IMG/VR virus record: IMGVR_UViG_3300044700_000691
Location: 124,001-188,000 of that record
Strand: one strand, 5' to 3'
Length of the DNA: 64,000 bases
In this document: positions 46,664 to 55,704 of the stretch, one piece after another
How positions within the stretch are numbered: position 1 is the first letter of the stretch
Layout of the letters: each line of letters starts with the position of its first letter
Notes under the pieces: generated by a model
What the model saw: the letters and a program-made list of their open reading frames with translations, nothing else
Told to the model about the DNA's origin: nothing
Database searches by the model: none
Translations under genes and position numbers: made by a program

Positions 46664-49558
46664 TTATTCTTGAGGAGCAGTTGAGAATGAATCCATGTTA
46701 AGATCTATTCCCAATAGAGAGTCAGATGAAGTAGATTTAGGTCTAATATTATTAGCCTGTTCAATCTTAAAGTATTTAAGCTGATCATCTGTAATCTTTC
46801 CGTTAATTAAAACATAGTCTCCTGTGTGTTTACTAACTGCCATAAAATATGTGCCGTCCTGTAAATATCGATCAAACTCAATCTTTAATACTCCATTTAA
46901 ATAGACACCAGTATTAAATGTACCGTCTTCTGCGATTGCACCGTTAAATACAGCAGTCAACTCATCTTTGTAGTTCTTATAGATTAGGTTGAATCCGGCT
47001 GCTAAAATTTCAACAACCTCTTCTTTAGTTGAAGCTTGAACAGCAGCTGTAATTCCTTGGCTAAAATATTCTTTTCTTGGAGTAGCAGAAGCTGATGGTG
47101 TAAATGCCGTAGAGTTTTCAAAATACTCTGGCACTTCCTGTTTAGCTGCAGTAAATAGATCGGCTAAACCTTTTCTAATATAGTTTCCAGTATCTGCTCC
47201 CATACCAGTACCGCTTTGTCCAGTTAATCTAAAATTATCTCCGCTTGATTTAATTTCAATTAAATCTGTCTTAATTTTAATATCGCCCTTATCTCTATTT
47301 CCAGCGTTTACCGCATCCTTAATTAAGATTGACATTAAAATTTCGCCGCGACCAATGTTTACATTACCAACTGACCCAATTAAATTAAAAAGCTGATCAT
47401 ATAGTGCTGGGCTAAGACCTGTCGTATCAAATAAGGTTTTTAGATTGCCGTTTGGGCTATTTGTAATATCTTCAAATGTAATAGTTGGATTATCTAAATA
47501 CACCAATAGGTCATCGTCTTGATCAAGATCGTCCGCAATTGAAACAATGGTTTTTGCTAAATCTTTATAGCCTTTACCTGTGCCGAGAATATCAAATAAC
47601 TCTTTATTTACGTCGTTATGGGTTCTCTTTAATAGTTTTTCAATCTTTTTATAGAGAGCCTCATTATATGGTGCATCAATAATTAAATCAAGCAGGTCAC
47701 TTTTCTTTTTATCAAGCTCTGCAACTGAAATCGACTCAGTTAAAAGGGATTCTTCAATCTCCTTTGTCATATTATAAAACTCTGAGTGTAGAGGCTTACT
47801 GGTTATGTTTTTATACAAAACAAAATCTTGGTTTTTAACTGAATTAACAAGCTCTGCTTCTAGTTCAATTTTAGGTACTTCTACTACCTTTAACTGAGAT
47901 GGAATTTTTGCGTATGGAGCTCTCTTATTAATACGATTTAGGTCAATTACTAAATCTGGCACAAACTCTAAGTTGGTTGCAATTGCTTTAATTGAATAAC
48001 CTTGGCCAATTGCACCAATTAATTCATCTATTCCAACTGAATCTACAGTTGAACCGCCTACTACATAATCTGAAGTTTTTGATAATCGGTCAATTGAATT
48101 TTTGACTGTTTCCGAAGACATTGGAAAAGCTGAACTTCTTTGTCCAGGGTGATACGCTACCATTAAACAAGGAACATCATACTTTCCTTTAATATTAGCT
48201 GCGATTTTTTCGTGTTCTTTACTTAGAGGTTGAAATTTATCTAGGTAAATAACGATTTCAATATCTTTTTTTTTAGTTTGATTTGCTTGAAATTGACTAA
48301 AAAAATCTGAGGCATCCTCATCTGTACCAAAAAATTGATTAAATGTTGGAAAAAATGCCTCGTTTAATTTATCCTCTGCTGCAAGTTGAACTTTAGCAAT
48401 TTGGGATTTTAGAGTTTCTTTCATAGTTTTATTAAAAAAGGTTGAGCTAACTCTAATATTTTTCTTTCTAAATGTATTTAAGAAAACTCTGTACAATTCC
48501 TTAAGAGTTTTATCTGAATCGATTAATCTAATTACCATATCATCATTGATCAAGACACGATTAACATCAAACTCCGGCTTATTTAGGAATTCTGGAGTTG
48601 TTATTTCAAGACCGCGATATTTGCTACCGTGCTCCTGTATAAAATCTTTAAATATTGCATTTATAATTTGAATATAACGTCTTTCAAATGTTGTACCATC
48701 TGGCTTAATTGCATCAAGGTCTGCTTGTGAATAGGTTTCAATAAAATTCATTAAGTCAGCTGTCATAATCCAAATGTAATCATCAGTCTTTGGTGCAGCT
48801 ACTCTGTCTTGTGCCTTTTCCTTTGCTCTTGCTTGGAAAACCGGGTCAACTAATTTTGCTAAAAATACTGAATCTTCTCCGCCTGGTTCATAGAATCTAA
48901 AAACAATACCTTCGATATCTTTGTCAGCGGTGTCTCTTAAAAAAGAGGTTCTAAGTTCAGGATTAAGAACATTAATAATGTATTTGGTAAAAGATGCAGT
49001 TTTAAATTTTCCAACTAACTCATCAAGCGGAGTATAGACAAAATCTAAAATTTTCTCTTTTTGATCATCTGTTAGTTTTCCTTGAAAAATAATTGGTGGG
49101 CGCTCGATATCTAAAATATCCGCCCATTTGTCTAATTCTGCCTTATCTTGGATAGTCTCAGCCTGTTCGCCAGCTTTATCCAATATATGAATATAACTTA
49201 GGATCAAGTGGTTTTTAGGTAATCTATCGTATTGTATTGATTGAGCAGTCGGTGAACTAAAATACTCCATTCCAAAATGATAGTTACATGGAAGTTTTTC
49301 AATTGAGTCAGCCGATAATTCATCGAAGTGTTTAAGTGCAGGGTTATAGTATGAACTTAGGACACGATCTACACCTGTTAATTTAGTATTACGTTTAAAA
49401 AATTCAAATGGTTCTTCGGAATTTCCACAATTTCTTTGTGCACCAAAAAATGCACCGTCCATTTTTTCGTTAACAATAACTTCTTTATTAAGAAGAGCCT
49501 CTAAAAATTCTTTGCCCTTTTTTTCGTAAATGTCCTTTAAGTGGTTTAGTCCTGCCAT
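46664..49558 (-). CDS. Multidomain protein: Rnl2-like nucleotidyltransferase/ligase + degenerate HxGH NTase + PD-(D/E)xK nuclease-like
   Basis: EKMDG (motif I), FGMEY, IEGIVFR (IV), LAKLVDP (V); YLDKFQPLSKEHEKI; GRGEIL..GDIKI..IEIKS. Confidence 0.7.
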   Translation of the reverse strand: MAGLNHLKDIYEKKGKEFLEALLNKEVIVNEKMDGAFFGAQRNCGNSEEPFEFFKRNTKLTGVDRVLSSYYNPALKHFDELSADSIEKLPCNYHFGMEYFSSPTAQSIQYDRLPKNHLILSYIHILDKAGEQAETIQDKAELDKWADILDIERPPIIFQGKLTDDQKEKILDFVYTPLDELVGKFKTASFTKYIINVLNPELRTSFLRDTADKDIEGIVFRFYEPGGEDSVFLAKLVDPVFQARAKEKAQDRVAAPKTDDYIWIMTADLMNFIETYSQADLDAIKPDGTTFERRYIQIINAIFKDFIQEHGSKYRGLEITTPEFLNKPEFDVNRVLINDDMVIRLIDSDKTLKELYRVFLNTFRKKNIRVSSTFFNKTMKETLKSQIAKVQLAAEDKLNEAFFPTFNQFFGTDEDASDFFSQFQANQTKKKDIEIVIYLDKFQPLSKEHEKIAANIKGKYDVPCLMVAYHPGQRSSAFPMSSETVKNSIDRLSKTSDYVVGGSTVDSVGIDELIGAIGQGYSIKAIATNLEFVPDLVIDLNRINKRAPYAKIPSQLKVVEVPKIELEAELVNSVKNQDFVLYKNITSKPLHSEFYNMTKEIEESLLTESISVAELDKKKSDLLDLIIDAPYNEALYKKIEKLLKRTHNDVNKELFDILGTGKGYKDLAKTIVSIADDLDQDDDLLVYLDNPTITFEDITNSPNGNLKTLFDTTGLSPALYDQLFNLIGSVGNVNIGRGEILMSILIKDAVNAGNRDKGDIKIKTDLIEIKSSGDNFRLTGQSGTGMGADTGNYIRKGLADLFTAAKQEVPEYFENSTAFTPSASATPRKEYFSQGITAAVQASTKEEVVEILAAGFNLIYKNYKDELTAVFNGAIAEDGTFNTGVYLNGVLKIEFDRYLQDGTYFMAVSKHTGDYVLINGKITDDQLKYFKIEQANNIRPKSTSSDSLLGIDLNMDSFSTAPQE

Positions 49559-49573
49559 AAATTTAAATTAGTA

Positions 49574-50074
49574 TTAGTCCAAAGATCCGTATTTTCCTGC
49601 TCCCATATCCTTTGCAAAATCTTTGCCAGCCTTTGAAGAAACGCTAAGGCTAATGCCTTTTAGTAAACCAGCATCCTCTGGGTTCTCTTCAAAATAGGTA
49701 ATTAAGCTAGCTAGGTTAACATTTTGATATGGTTGAATTGTTCCTTCTGGTAGTTTTTTTTCTAATTCTCTACCAGATGAATAGTCTTTCCAGTTAAGAT
49801 TCCAACAATAAAATCTAACTTCTTCTTTCATTTTTGTTGTATAGTAACGGTCAACATCTGCAAGTCTGGCTTGAACTTCAGAAAGATCAGTTTTATATGA
49901 AGTCGAGTGGCCATAGATATCAGCTGGTGTTCCAATGCTTAAACTATCTGATGTAATATCAGTCAATTTAACTAGTTGGTCCATAAGTTCCTGAAATGGT
50001 AATCCTTTAAGTGCCTCAGATTCTTCTGCTTCGTTTAGGAACTGCTTAAAGTTTCCAATAGTGCGTTTTGTCAT
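49574..50074 (-). CDS. Hypothetical protein with N-terminal targeting-like motif
   Basis: MTKRTIGNFKQFLNE-AEE, after a late promoter. Confidence 0.75.
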   Translation of the reverse strand: MTKRTIGNFKQFLNEAEESEALKGLPFQELMDQLVKLTDITSDSLSIGTPADIYGHSTSYKTDLSEVQARLADVDRYYTTKMKEEVRFYCWNLNWKDYSSGRELEKKLPEGTIQPYQNVNLASLITYFEENPEDAGLLKGISLSVSSKAGKDFAKDMGAGKYGSLD

Positions 50075-50095
50075 TTTATAGTTGCCTATTTCTGA

Positions 50096-50695
50096 TTATT
50101 TATCCCGAACTAATCTTTGGATTAACTCGCAAAACTCATCAACTGAGTCTTGACTAAAATTATTTGTAAAATGGTCAAAGGAATTACCTTCACGAGCATC
50201 TTTAAATCTAAATGGCGCATCTTCAATCAATTTTAGCATAAGTCGCTTTTCTTCTTTTGCTGAAACTAATCCATCCCATAGGTCTTTTTTGCGAGCCTGA
50301 TCCTGTTTAAATTCATCTGGTGCATCAATCATAATAGTTTTGCAGTTTTGGTAGCCCGGTCTTTTAATTAAGCCATATAGCTCAGATTGAGCTTGACTAA
50401 ATTCCAAGCGATTCCAAATGGTTGCCCAAGTAGCTGCGGTAATATGAGCTCTATCAAATACAAAAATCTTATCGGGAAAATGCTCATGTAGATCAAGTAT
50501 TGTCATAATATTACCCATACTAAAATAGTGAATACCAGAATCAGATTTATCCCATTCTTTAACTATTGCTGAATATTCATCAGCTAGGTAAAATTTATAA
50601 TAAAATAGATTTAATTCATCACCGTGTAGCTTAACCAGTTGATTAAGTAAATGGGTTTTGCCTGAGTGACGGGTACCTTCAATAAAAATTATCAT
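50096..50695 (-). CDS. P-loop nucleoside monophosphate kinase (thymidylate-kinase-like)
   Basis: IIFIEGTRHSGKT Walker A and VFDRAH (the TMPK DR motif). Confidence 0.75.
   Translation of the reverse strand: MIIFIEGTRHSGKTHLLNQLVKLHGDELNLFYYKFYLADEYSAIVKEWDKSDSGIHYFSMGNIMTILDLHEHFPDKIFVFDRAHITAATWATIWNRLEFSQAQSELYGLIKRPGYQNCKTIMIDAPDEFKQDQARKKDLWDGLVSAKEEKRLMLKLIEDAPFRFKDAREGNSFDHFTNNFSQDSVDEFCELIQRLVRDK
50097..50104 (-). promoter_or_regulatory. Late promoter-like GATAAATA
   Basis: 22 nt upstream of ATG 50074. Confidence 0.6.
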
Positions 50696-51222
50696 GAGTA
50701 TTTAAGTTGTATTCTTTCTCTTGATAATATACCAATATTTCCATTAATTTGGAGCAATTCGGTCTTATCAACAAACCAATATTCAATTGATTTTGTAATC
50801 TTACTTAGGTATGGATCTTTAGTGTATTTGTCTATTTGAACTAGAGAATCTTCAAATATTCGGATTTTATCAAAAGACGGCCCGACTGTATCTAAATATT
50901 CAAGTAGCATTTGCGGCTTATCTGTATTACGCTCGCATAGAATAATTTGGTTAAATGTTTTGGTAATTCCAAAATTATCTAAAACTGCCTCCATTGCCTT
51001 TCTGGTTGCAGCTACCCGGTGGCTTAGAATTATTGTAGTGTGATCCTTATCCAGTTTGTTAAAAACCGACTCGATTAGTTGCAATCTATATAGATTGGTA
51101 TTTAGGGATTTTGGATTATCGAACCACTCATATGGTTTTTTGAACTCTGTACCAGCATGGGTAAATGGGGGAACCCTAAATAAGGTTTCATCAAAATCTA
51201 CGACGTTTAAAACTTTCTCCAT
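50692..51222 (-). CDS. HAD-superfamily phosphatase (start probably ATG 51222)
   Basis: VVDFDETLF..P, IILSHR, DK and IRIFEDS; the pattern resembles the RNA-repair-associated HAD family. Confidence 0.75.
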   Translation of the reverse strand: MEKVLNVVDFDETLFRVPPFTHAGTEFKKPYEWFDNPKSLNTNLYRLQLIESVFNKLDKDHTTIILSHRVAATRKAMEAVLDNFGITKTFNQIILCERNTDKPQMLLEYLDTVGPSFDKIRIFEDSLVQIDKYTKDPYLSKITKSIEYWFVDKTELLQINGNIGILSRERIQLKYS

Positions 51223-51226
51223 ATGA

Positions 51227-51234
51227 AATAAATA
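51227..51234 (+). promoter_or_regulatory. Late promoter-like AATAAATA
   Basis: 25 nt before TTG 51260; divergent from and overlapping the opposite promoter region. Confidence 0.4.
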
Positions 51235-51246
51235 ACTTTGAAATAA

Positions 51247-51275
51247 TATTATACTAAAATTGAACTTAGAGTTTA
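51247..51275 (-). promoter_or_regulatory. Putative early/middle promoter TAAAC-N16-GTATAATA
   Basis: Upstream of the HAD-kinase pair. Confidence 0.6.
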
Positions 51276-51721
51276 TAAAAGGGGAGTACGAAGGTAACAG
51301 AGTTAACTTGGTTAGGGAAACTATCCAAAGAAAACAGCCATTTTCCATCTTTACTTTCAGCAACCCAAAGATTTATCGTCAATTTTTAACAGATTTATCC
51401 AAATTTGCAACCTTGCCGTATGTTCGTCAAACATTTATGACAAATCATCAAATGGGAGGCTATCCTATCATCTATCCAAGCATCTTTATAACTAATGTTG
51501 GATCAGCCGTATCTGATCAAGACTTTAAAAATATGATGCTAGGCAGTTTAAAACAGTACCATATCGATTCTATAATTTGTCTCTATGCAGGTCAAATTAG
51601 TTCCTATTATAAAAATGGAGACAGGCACTCCATTGGAACAGATATCTACACTTCACTCAATCCACAAGAATTTGATACATATTATTTTAAGGTTGAGAGT
51701 ACTTGTTACACCTTTGTTTAA
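51260..51721 (+). CDS. Hypothetical protein
   Basis: 153-aa ORF with a TTG start. Confidence 0.65.
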   Translation: MNLEFIKGEYEGNRVNLVRETIQRKQPFSIFTFSNPKIYRQFLTDLSKFATLPYVRQTFMTNHQMGGYPIIYPSIFITNVGSAVSDQDFKNMMLGSLKQYHIDSIICLYAGQISSYYKNGDRHSIGTDIYTSLNPQEFDTYYFKVESTCYTFV

Positions 51722-51748
51722 ACCTTAGGGCCAGTACCAAGTAAAAGA
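51719..51748 (+). promoter_or_regulatory. Putative early/middle promoter TAAAC-N17-GTAAAAGA
   Basis: Immediately upstream of uvsY. Confidence 0.55.
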
Positions 51749-51752
51749 AGAT

Positions 51753-52202
51753 ATGGAATTCGAACAACAATCACCAGAAGTTAAAAAGAGTTTATCTGAT
51801 GTTTTTTCAGCAAAGCGTAAAGCTGTGTCTGAAGAGGTACAGGAAGGAATTGGTTATATGAGTAATATAAAGCGACTCGCTGATGCCCAAGTCTACTTTT
51901 TAAGCTTGCGTCAACGATTGCTTGAGGAAAACCATACCCTAATTGAACACTTCAATCGCTACAAAAAGAAATATAGAGAACAAAAAGGAGACGAGTGGGA
52001 AGCAGTCTCCAGAACATCCCAGCTAAGATACAATTCTAACGAAAAGACTACTATTGTCGACGGAAAAACGTCTATTATCAAAGAAACGATCGACCAGATC
52101 GAAAGCCAAATTCAATTTTATCAAGACACAATCAAGACAGTAGACGCCGCGCTTTTTGGTACAAAAACTAGACTTGATATTGAAAAGATGCTGGGTGTGT
52201 AA
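51753..52202 (+). CDS. uvsY: Recombination mediator UvsY-like
   Basis: 149-aa helical protein ending QIQFYQDTIKTVDAALFGTKTRLDIEK, directly upstream of uvsW as in T4. Confidence 0.65.
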   Translation: MEFEQQSPEVKKSLSDVFSAKRKAVSEEVQEGIGYMSNIKRLADAQVYFLSLRQRLLEENHTLIEHFNRYKKKYREQKGDEWEAVSRTSQLRYNSNEKTTIVDGKTSIIKETIDQIESQIQFYQDTIKTVDAALFGTKTRLDIEKMLGV

Positions 52203-52217
52203 AAACATCCAAAGAGT

Positions 52218-53780
52218 TTGCTAAAGTTTAAGTTAACACCAGATAAAAGATATTTTCAATTAATACATAATGACCTTAAAAAAGAACTGGTTGATCTTAA
52301 GAACTTTTTTAAAAAACGAGCTAAAGGCTATCACTTCAGTCCGCTATTTCAGCGTCGCCTTTGGGACGGTTACGATAAATTTATTGATCGTGAAAACCGA
52401 ATTGGCGTAGGGTTATGGTATCAAATCAAACAGTTTAGCCAAATTTATGGTCATGAAATTGAGTTAGATGGCTTAGATTCTCTGCTTAATCTTGAATTTA
52501 CAAAGGATCAACTTGATAAATTTGCAAGCGTCCTATTAGATGGAGTTGATCTTACTCCATACGATTACCAAATGGAAGCTGCCTACCGTGCACTTAAATT
52601 TAAGTTTAGCGCTCAGGAATTAGCAACATCAGCCGGTAAAACCCTAATCCTATTTTTATATCTAAGTTTCCTTAAACGTAAGGGAATTATTAATGGTAAA
52701 GATAAAAAGGCTCTAATCGTAGTGCCTAATATCTCACTAGTTGGCCAAACTGCAGAAAAATTTATGAAAGACTATCATACTGGTCTAATTAACTGGAATA
52801 TCCTTGAAGTTGGTGGTAAAAACAAATACTCAGACAAGAAATTTGAAGATGCTGACCTGGTTATTTCAACATATCAAAGTTTAGCAAAACGCGATGGAGA
52901 TTTTTTTAAGAAATTTACCGTACTGTGTATTGATGAGTGCCATACTTCAAGAGGCGATACAATTAAAGATATTCTTCTAGCCTCAACCAATGTTGAATAT
53001 AAGCTGGGTCTATCTGGAACAATTCAAGTAGATGAAGATTTTTCTGATTTCTATAAAATCCAAGAATACATTGGCCCTCTAAGCATGACTCTTAAATCAA
53101 GCTTTTTAATTGAAAACAAACATTCGCCTGATGTTTACATCAAGATGCTTTTCTTAAAATATCCTGAAACTGAACCTTTTATCCAAAACTATAAGTATAT
53201 GCAGGAGCACGGTAAAAGTCAATTTCATCGTATTGAAGACTATGGCAAAAACATGTTTCAAATGGAAAAGGATTTTATTATTTCATATGAACCGCGTGTA
53301 GATTTTATTTCGTCACTAGTCCAAAAACTAGGCGGCAACTCACTGATACTATTCATTAATGTGAAGGACAAATATGGTCAACGTATTAAAGAAAGAATTT
53401 TAGAATGGAATCCAAATTCATTCTATATTGATGGTGAAGTAAGTGGAGATCATCGAGCCGAATATAAAGATGCAATGGAAGCTGGGTCTAATGTGGCCCT
53501 AGTTGCAAGCTATGCAACCTTTGCGACTGGTATTGACTTAAAGAATGTGCAAAATATTATTTTTGCAGAAAGCTATAAATCTGAAATTACTATTCGACAA
53601 GCAGTCGGTCGTGGAATGCGAAAGTTGGCTGGAAAAAGCAAGGTAACAATTTACGATCTAGTTGATGATCTAAGTGGTTATATTGTAAAGCACGGTAAAG
53701 TTCGTGAGAAAATTTATGAAAAGGAACAGTGGATTGTGTCTAAACACAGCTACGATTTAAGTAAATTTCTTAAGGATTAA
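52218..53780 (+). CDS. uvsW: SF2 DNA helicase UvsW
   Basis: PYDYQ, ATSAGKT, ISTYQSL, IDECH, GLSGT, FATGID and QAVGRGMR. Confidence 0.93.
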   Translation: MLKFKLTPDKRYFQLIHNDLKKELVDLKNFFKKRAKGYHFSPLFQRRLWDGYDKFIDRENRIGVGLWYQIKQFSQIYGHEIELDGLDSLLNLEFTKDQLDKFASVLLDGVDLTPYDYQMEAAYRALKFKFSAQELATSAGKTLILFLYLSFLKRKGIINGKDKKALIVVPNISLVGQTAEKFMKDYHTGLINWNILEVGGKNKYSDKKFEDADLVISTYQSLAKRDGDFFKKFTVLCIDECHTSRGDTIKDILLASTNVEYKLGLSGTIQVDEDFSDFYKIQEYIGPLSMTLKSSFLIENKHSPDVYIKMLFLKYPETEPFIQNYKYMQEHGKSQFHRIEDYGKNMFQMEKDFIISYEPRVDFISSLVQKLGGNSLILFINVKDKYGQRIKERILEWNPNSFYIDGEVSGDHRAEYKDAMEAGSNVALVASYATFATGIDLKNVQNIIFAESYKSEITIRQAVGRGMRKLAGKSKVTIYDLVDDLSGYIVKHGKVREKIYEKEQWIVSKHSYDLSKFLKD

Positions 53781-54559
53781 TTAATATGACCGTCTGCAAC
53801 TTCCTCTTCTAAAAAATCTAGAAAATACTGCTTTGCATTTTGCTCAAATTCTCTGTGTTGACGTTGGATTGACTTAAGATCATCTTCAATCTGTTCAAGT
53901 TTAGAGTATTCTGCCTTAAACCATTTAATAGATTCAGTTAATTTATCAGTAATATCCTTTACTGCGTCTTCATCTTCAACTAAACCAAGTTCAGCAAGAC
54001 GTTTCCATTCAGCACTATTAATTGCATTAGCAACGTCTGCAATAGTTTCTTCATCGTAATATTCTTTAGTATCTAAATATTCCTGAATGGTTTCTTCAGC
54101 GTATTCTAATAGACGATCTGCTCCATTATCTGGTGAAAGGTGAATCCAACCGCCGCTATTGCCGCCCCAACCAACATGTCCAACCCAATCATAAGATTGT
54201 TCAATGTCTTCTTGGAACATTTCGGCTTGGTCCTGTAGCCATCTATACCAAATATCAGAGAGTCTTTCTTCGTCCAGCTCTATGCCAACCTTTGCCAAAA
54301 CCTCTTCATTATCTGGCGAATTATAAACCTTTACGTTTAGGGCAAAAAAGTCTCCATTGTATTGATTACGACCTCTGTTTAGATTCCAACCATCTGAAAA
54401 TATCGAATCGATCTTGGCCTCAAATAATTCTAGTTTTTCAAGTAAGTCCTTTTCCAACCAAAAATCTCCAAGCTGCTCTGTATAAAAGGCAACTAGCGAA
54501 TTATTATTTGCCTTTACGTATTCTCTACTAAAATTTTCAAATAGTTTAATATGTTTCAT
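53777..54559 (-). CDS. Acidic hypothetical protein with N-terminal targeting-like motif
   Basis: MKHIKLFENFSRE; GWGGNSGGW. Confidence 0.75.
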   Translation of the reverse strand: MKHIKLFENFSREYVKANNNSLVAFYTEQLGDFWLEKDLLEKLELFEAKIDSIFSDGWNLNRGRNQYNGDFFALNVKVYNSPDNEEVLAKVGIELDEERLSDIWYRWLQDQAEMFQEDIEQSYDWVGHVGWGGNSGGWIHLSPDNGADRLLEYAEETIQEYLDTKEYYDEETIADVANAINSAEWKRLAELGLVEDEDAVKDITDKLTESIKWFKAEYSKLEQIEDDLKSIQRQHREFEQNAKQYFLDFLEEEVADGHIN

Positions 54560-54560
54560 G

Positions 54561-55013
54561 TTATTCTACTCGACCATCATTTCCATCCATTGCATCATGC
54601 ACTGAATTTAAATTGTCCAGGGATGTAGTTAATTGAGAATACATCCAAGACTCTAGTTGCTCGCCTTTAGCCATTCGGTCTTTAATCATATTTGCATAGT
54701 CTGCAATTCTTTCAAGTTGGCCAAATGTCATTTCATTTAATTCAGCTAGGGTATCTCTGCCCTCTGCTTTATTTGTAAATTCTTCAAAAAGAAGTATTGA
54801 AGATTCATTAACTGGTTGGTAAGCTAAGGTTTTGGTTTTTTCTTTAACCGCAGTAGATTTAATTTGTGTAGTTTGACCTTGAGACACCTTAACCGCTAAT
54901 TCTGTAACCTTGTCTCTAATCGCACAAATTTTTTGATAGTCCCGTTTAGTTATCTGAGTCGTTGATTCGTTAATTGTAGACAAATAGGTTAAAAACTGGT
55001 CGATTTGCGACAT
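54561..55013 (-). CDS. Hypothetical protein (start probably ATG 55013)
   Basis: MSQIDQFLTYLSTINE-S and internal ILLFEEFTN. C-terminal QLERIADYA..LESWMYSQLT is a pattern recalled from T4-like head-region proteins. Confidence 0.72.
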   Translation of the reverse strand: MSQIDQFLTYLSTINESTTQITKRDYQKICAIRDKVTELAVKVSQGQTTQIKSTAVKEKTKTLAYQPVNESSILLFEEFTNKAEGRDTLAELNEMTFGQLERIADYANMIKDRMAKGEQLESWMYSQLTTSLDNLNSVHDAMDGNDGRVE

Positions 55014-55015
55014 AT

Positions 55016-55630
55016 TTAAAGAGATATTTTTGCAGCAATAATTATCCCAAGCACCAATTTGCAATAAATCATTTGGAAATCGTAATACGTCATAATAATA
55101 TCGTATTGCTTTTTATCCATTTTTATTACGTTTGCGCCAGAAGATAATTTATTAATGTTATTTATTAATTGTACAGTCTCTTTGAGTTGAGTTACGCCAA
55201 TTAGACGCATCAAAATATCATTAAACGTACTGTAATTTAGGGTAGAGCGCTCGTCCGCGATCTTTTTTAGCCAGTGTTCAATTACCAGGACAGCATCACG
55301 TTTTTTAATAATGTCCCCAGCGGGTAAAGCCTCATTTATTATATGAACAATATCATCAAGCTCAGTAATTAGGTCTGCCCTAGTACTTAACCAGTCCAGT
55401 TCTCTGTCAAAAACTGAAATTGCAGTAGTTTGCTTTTCTCTAGAATAGACAAAGTTAATAACAAAAGGATTTGTCATTGAATTTGCTGTAATTACAAACT
55501 CCCCGTCATCGGCCTGAGGTCTTTTTAGCTCCTCGGCTTCAATCTGGAAGTCTTGGAATGGAAAGTTTCGCAAAAAAGGATAATTTGCGTAAACTTTAGA
55601 TAGAGTTCTGTCTTGTGCTACCAATGCCAT
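55016..55630 (-). CDS. Hypothetical protein
   Basis: 204 aa, after a late-promoter motif. Confidence 0.7.
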   Translation of the reverse strand: MALVAQDRTLSKVYANYPFLRNFPFQDFQIEAEELKRPQADDGEFVITANSMTNPFVINFVYSREKQTTAISVFDRELDWLSTRADLITELDDIVHIINEALPAGDIIKKRDAVLVIEHWLKKIADERSTLNYSTFNDILMRLIGVTQLKETVQLINNINKLSSGANVIKMDKKQYDIIMTYYDFQMIYCKLVLGIIIAAKISL

Positions 55631-55642
55631 GCTAATTTTTAT

Positions 55643-55650
55643 TATTTATT
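55643..55650 (-). promoter_or_regulatory. Late promoter-like AATAAATA
   Basis: 12 nt upstream of ATG 55630. Confidence 0.5.
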
Positions 55651-55668
55651 AGTATTATACTAGTAGGT

Positions 55669-55697
55669 TAAACTAAGAACACCAACCGAGTAAAACA
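55669..55697 (+). promoter_or_regulatory. Putative early/middle promoter TAAAC-N16-GTAAAACA
   Basis: 7 nt before the ATG of the polymerase C-half. Confidence 0.6.
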
Positions 55698-55704
55698 CTT
55701 AAGT

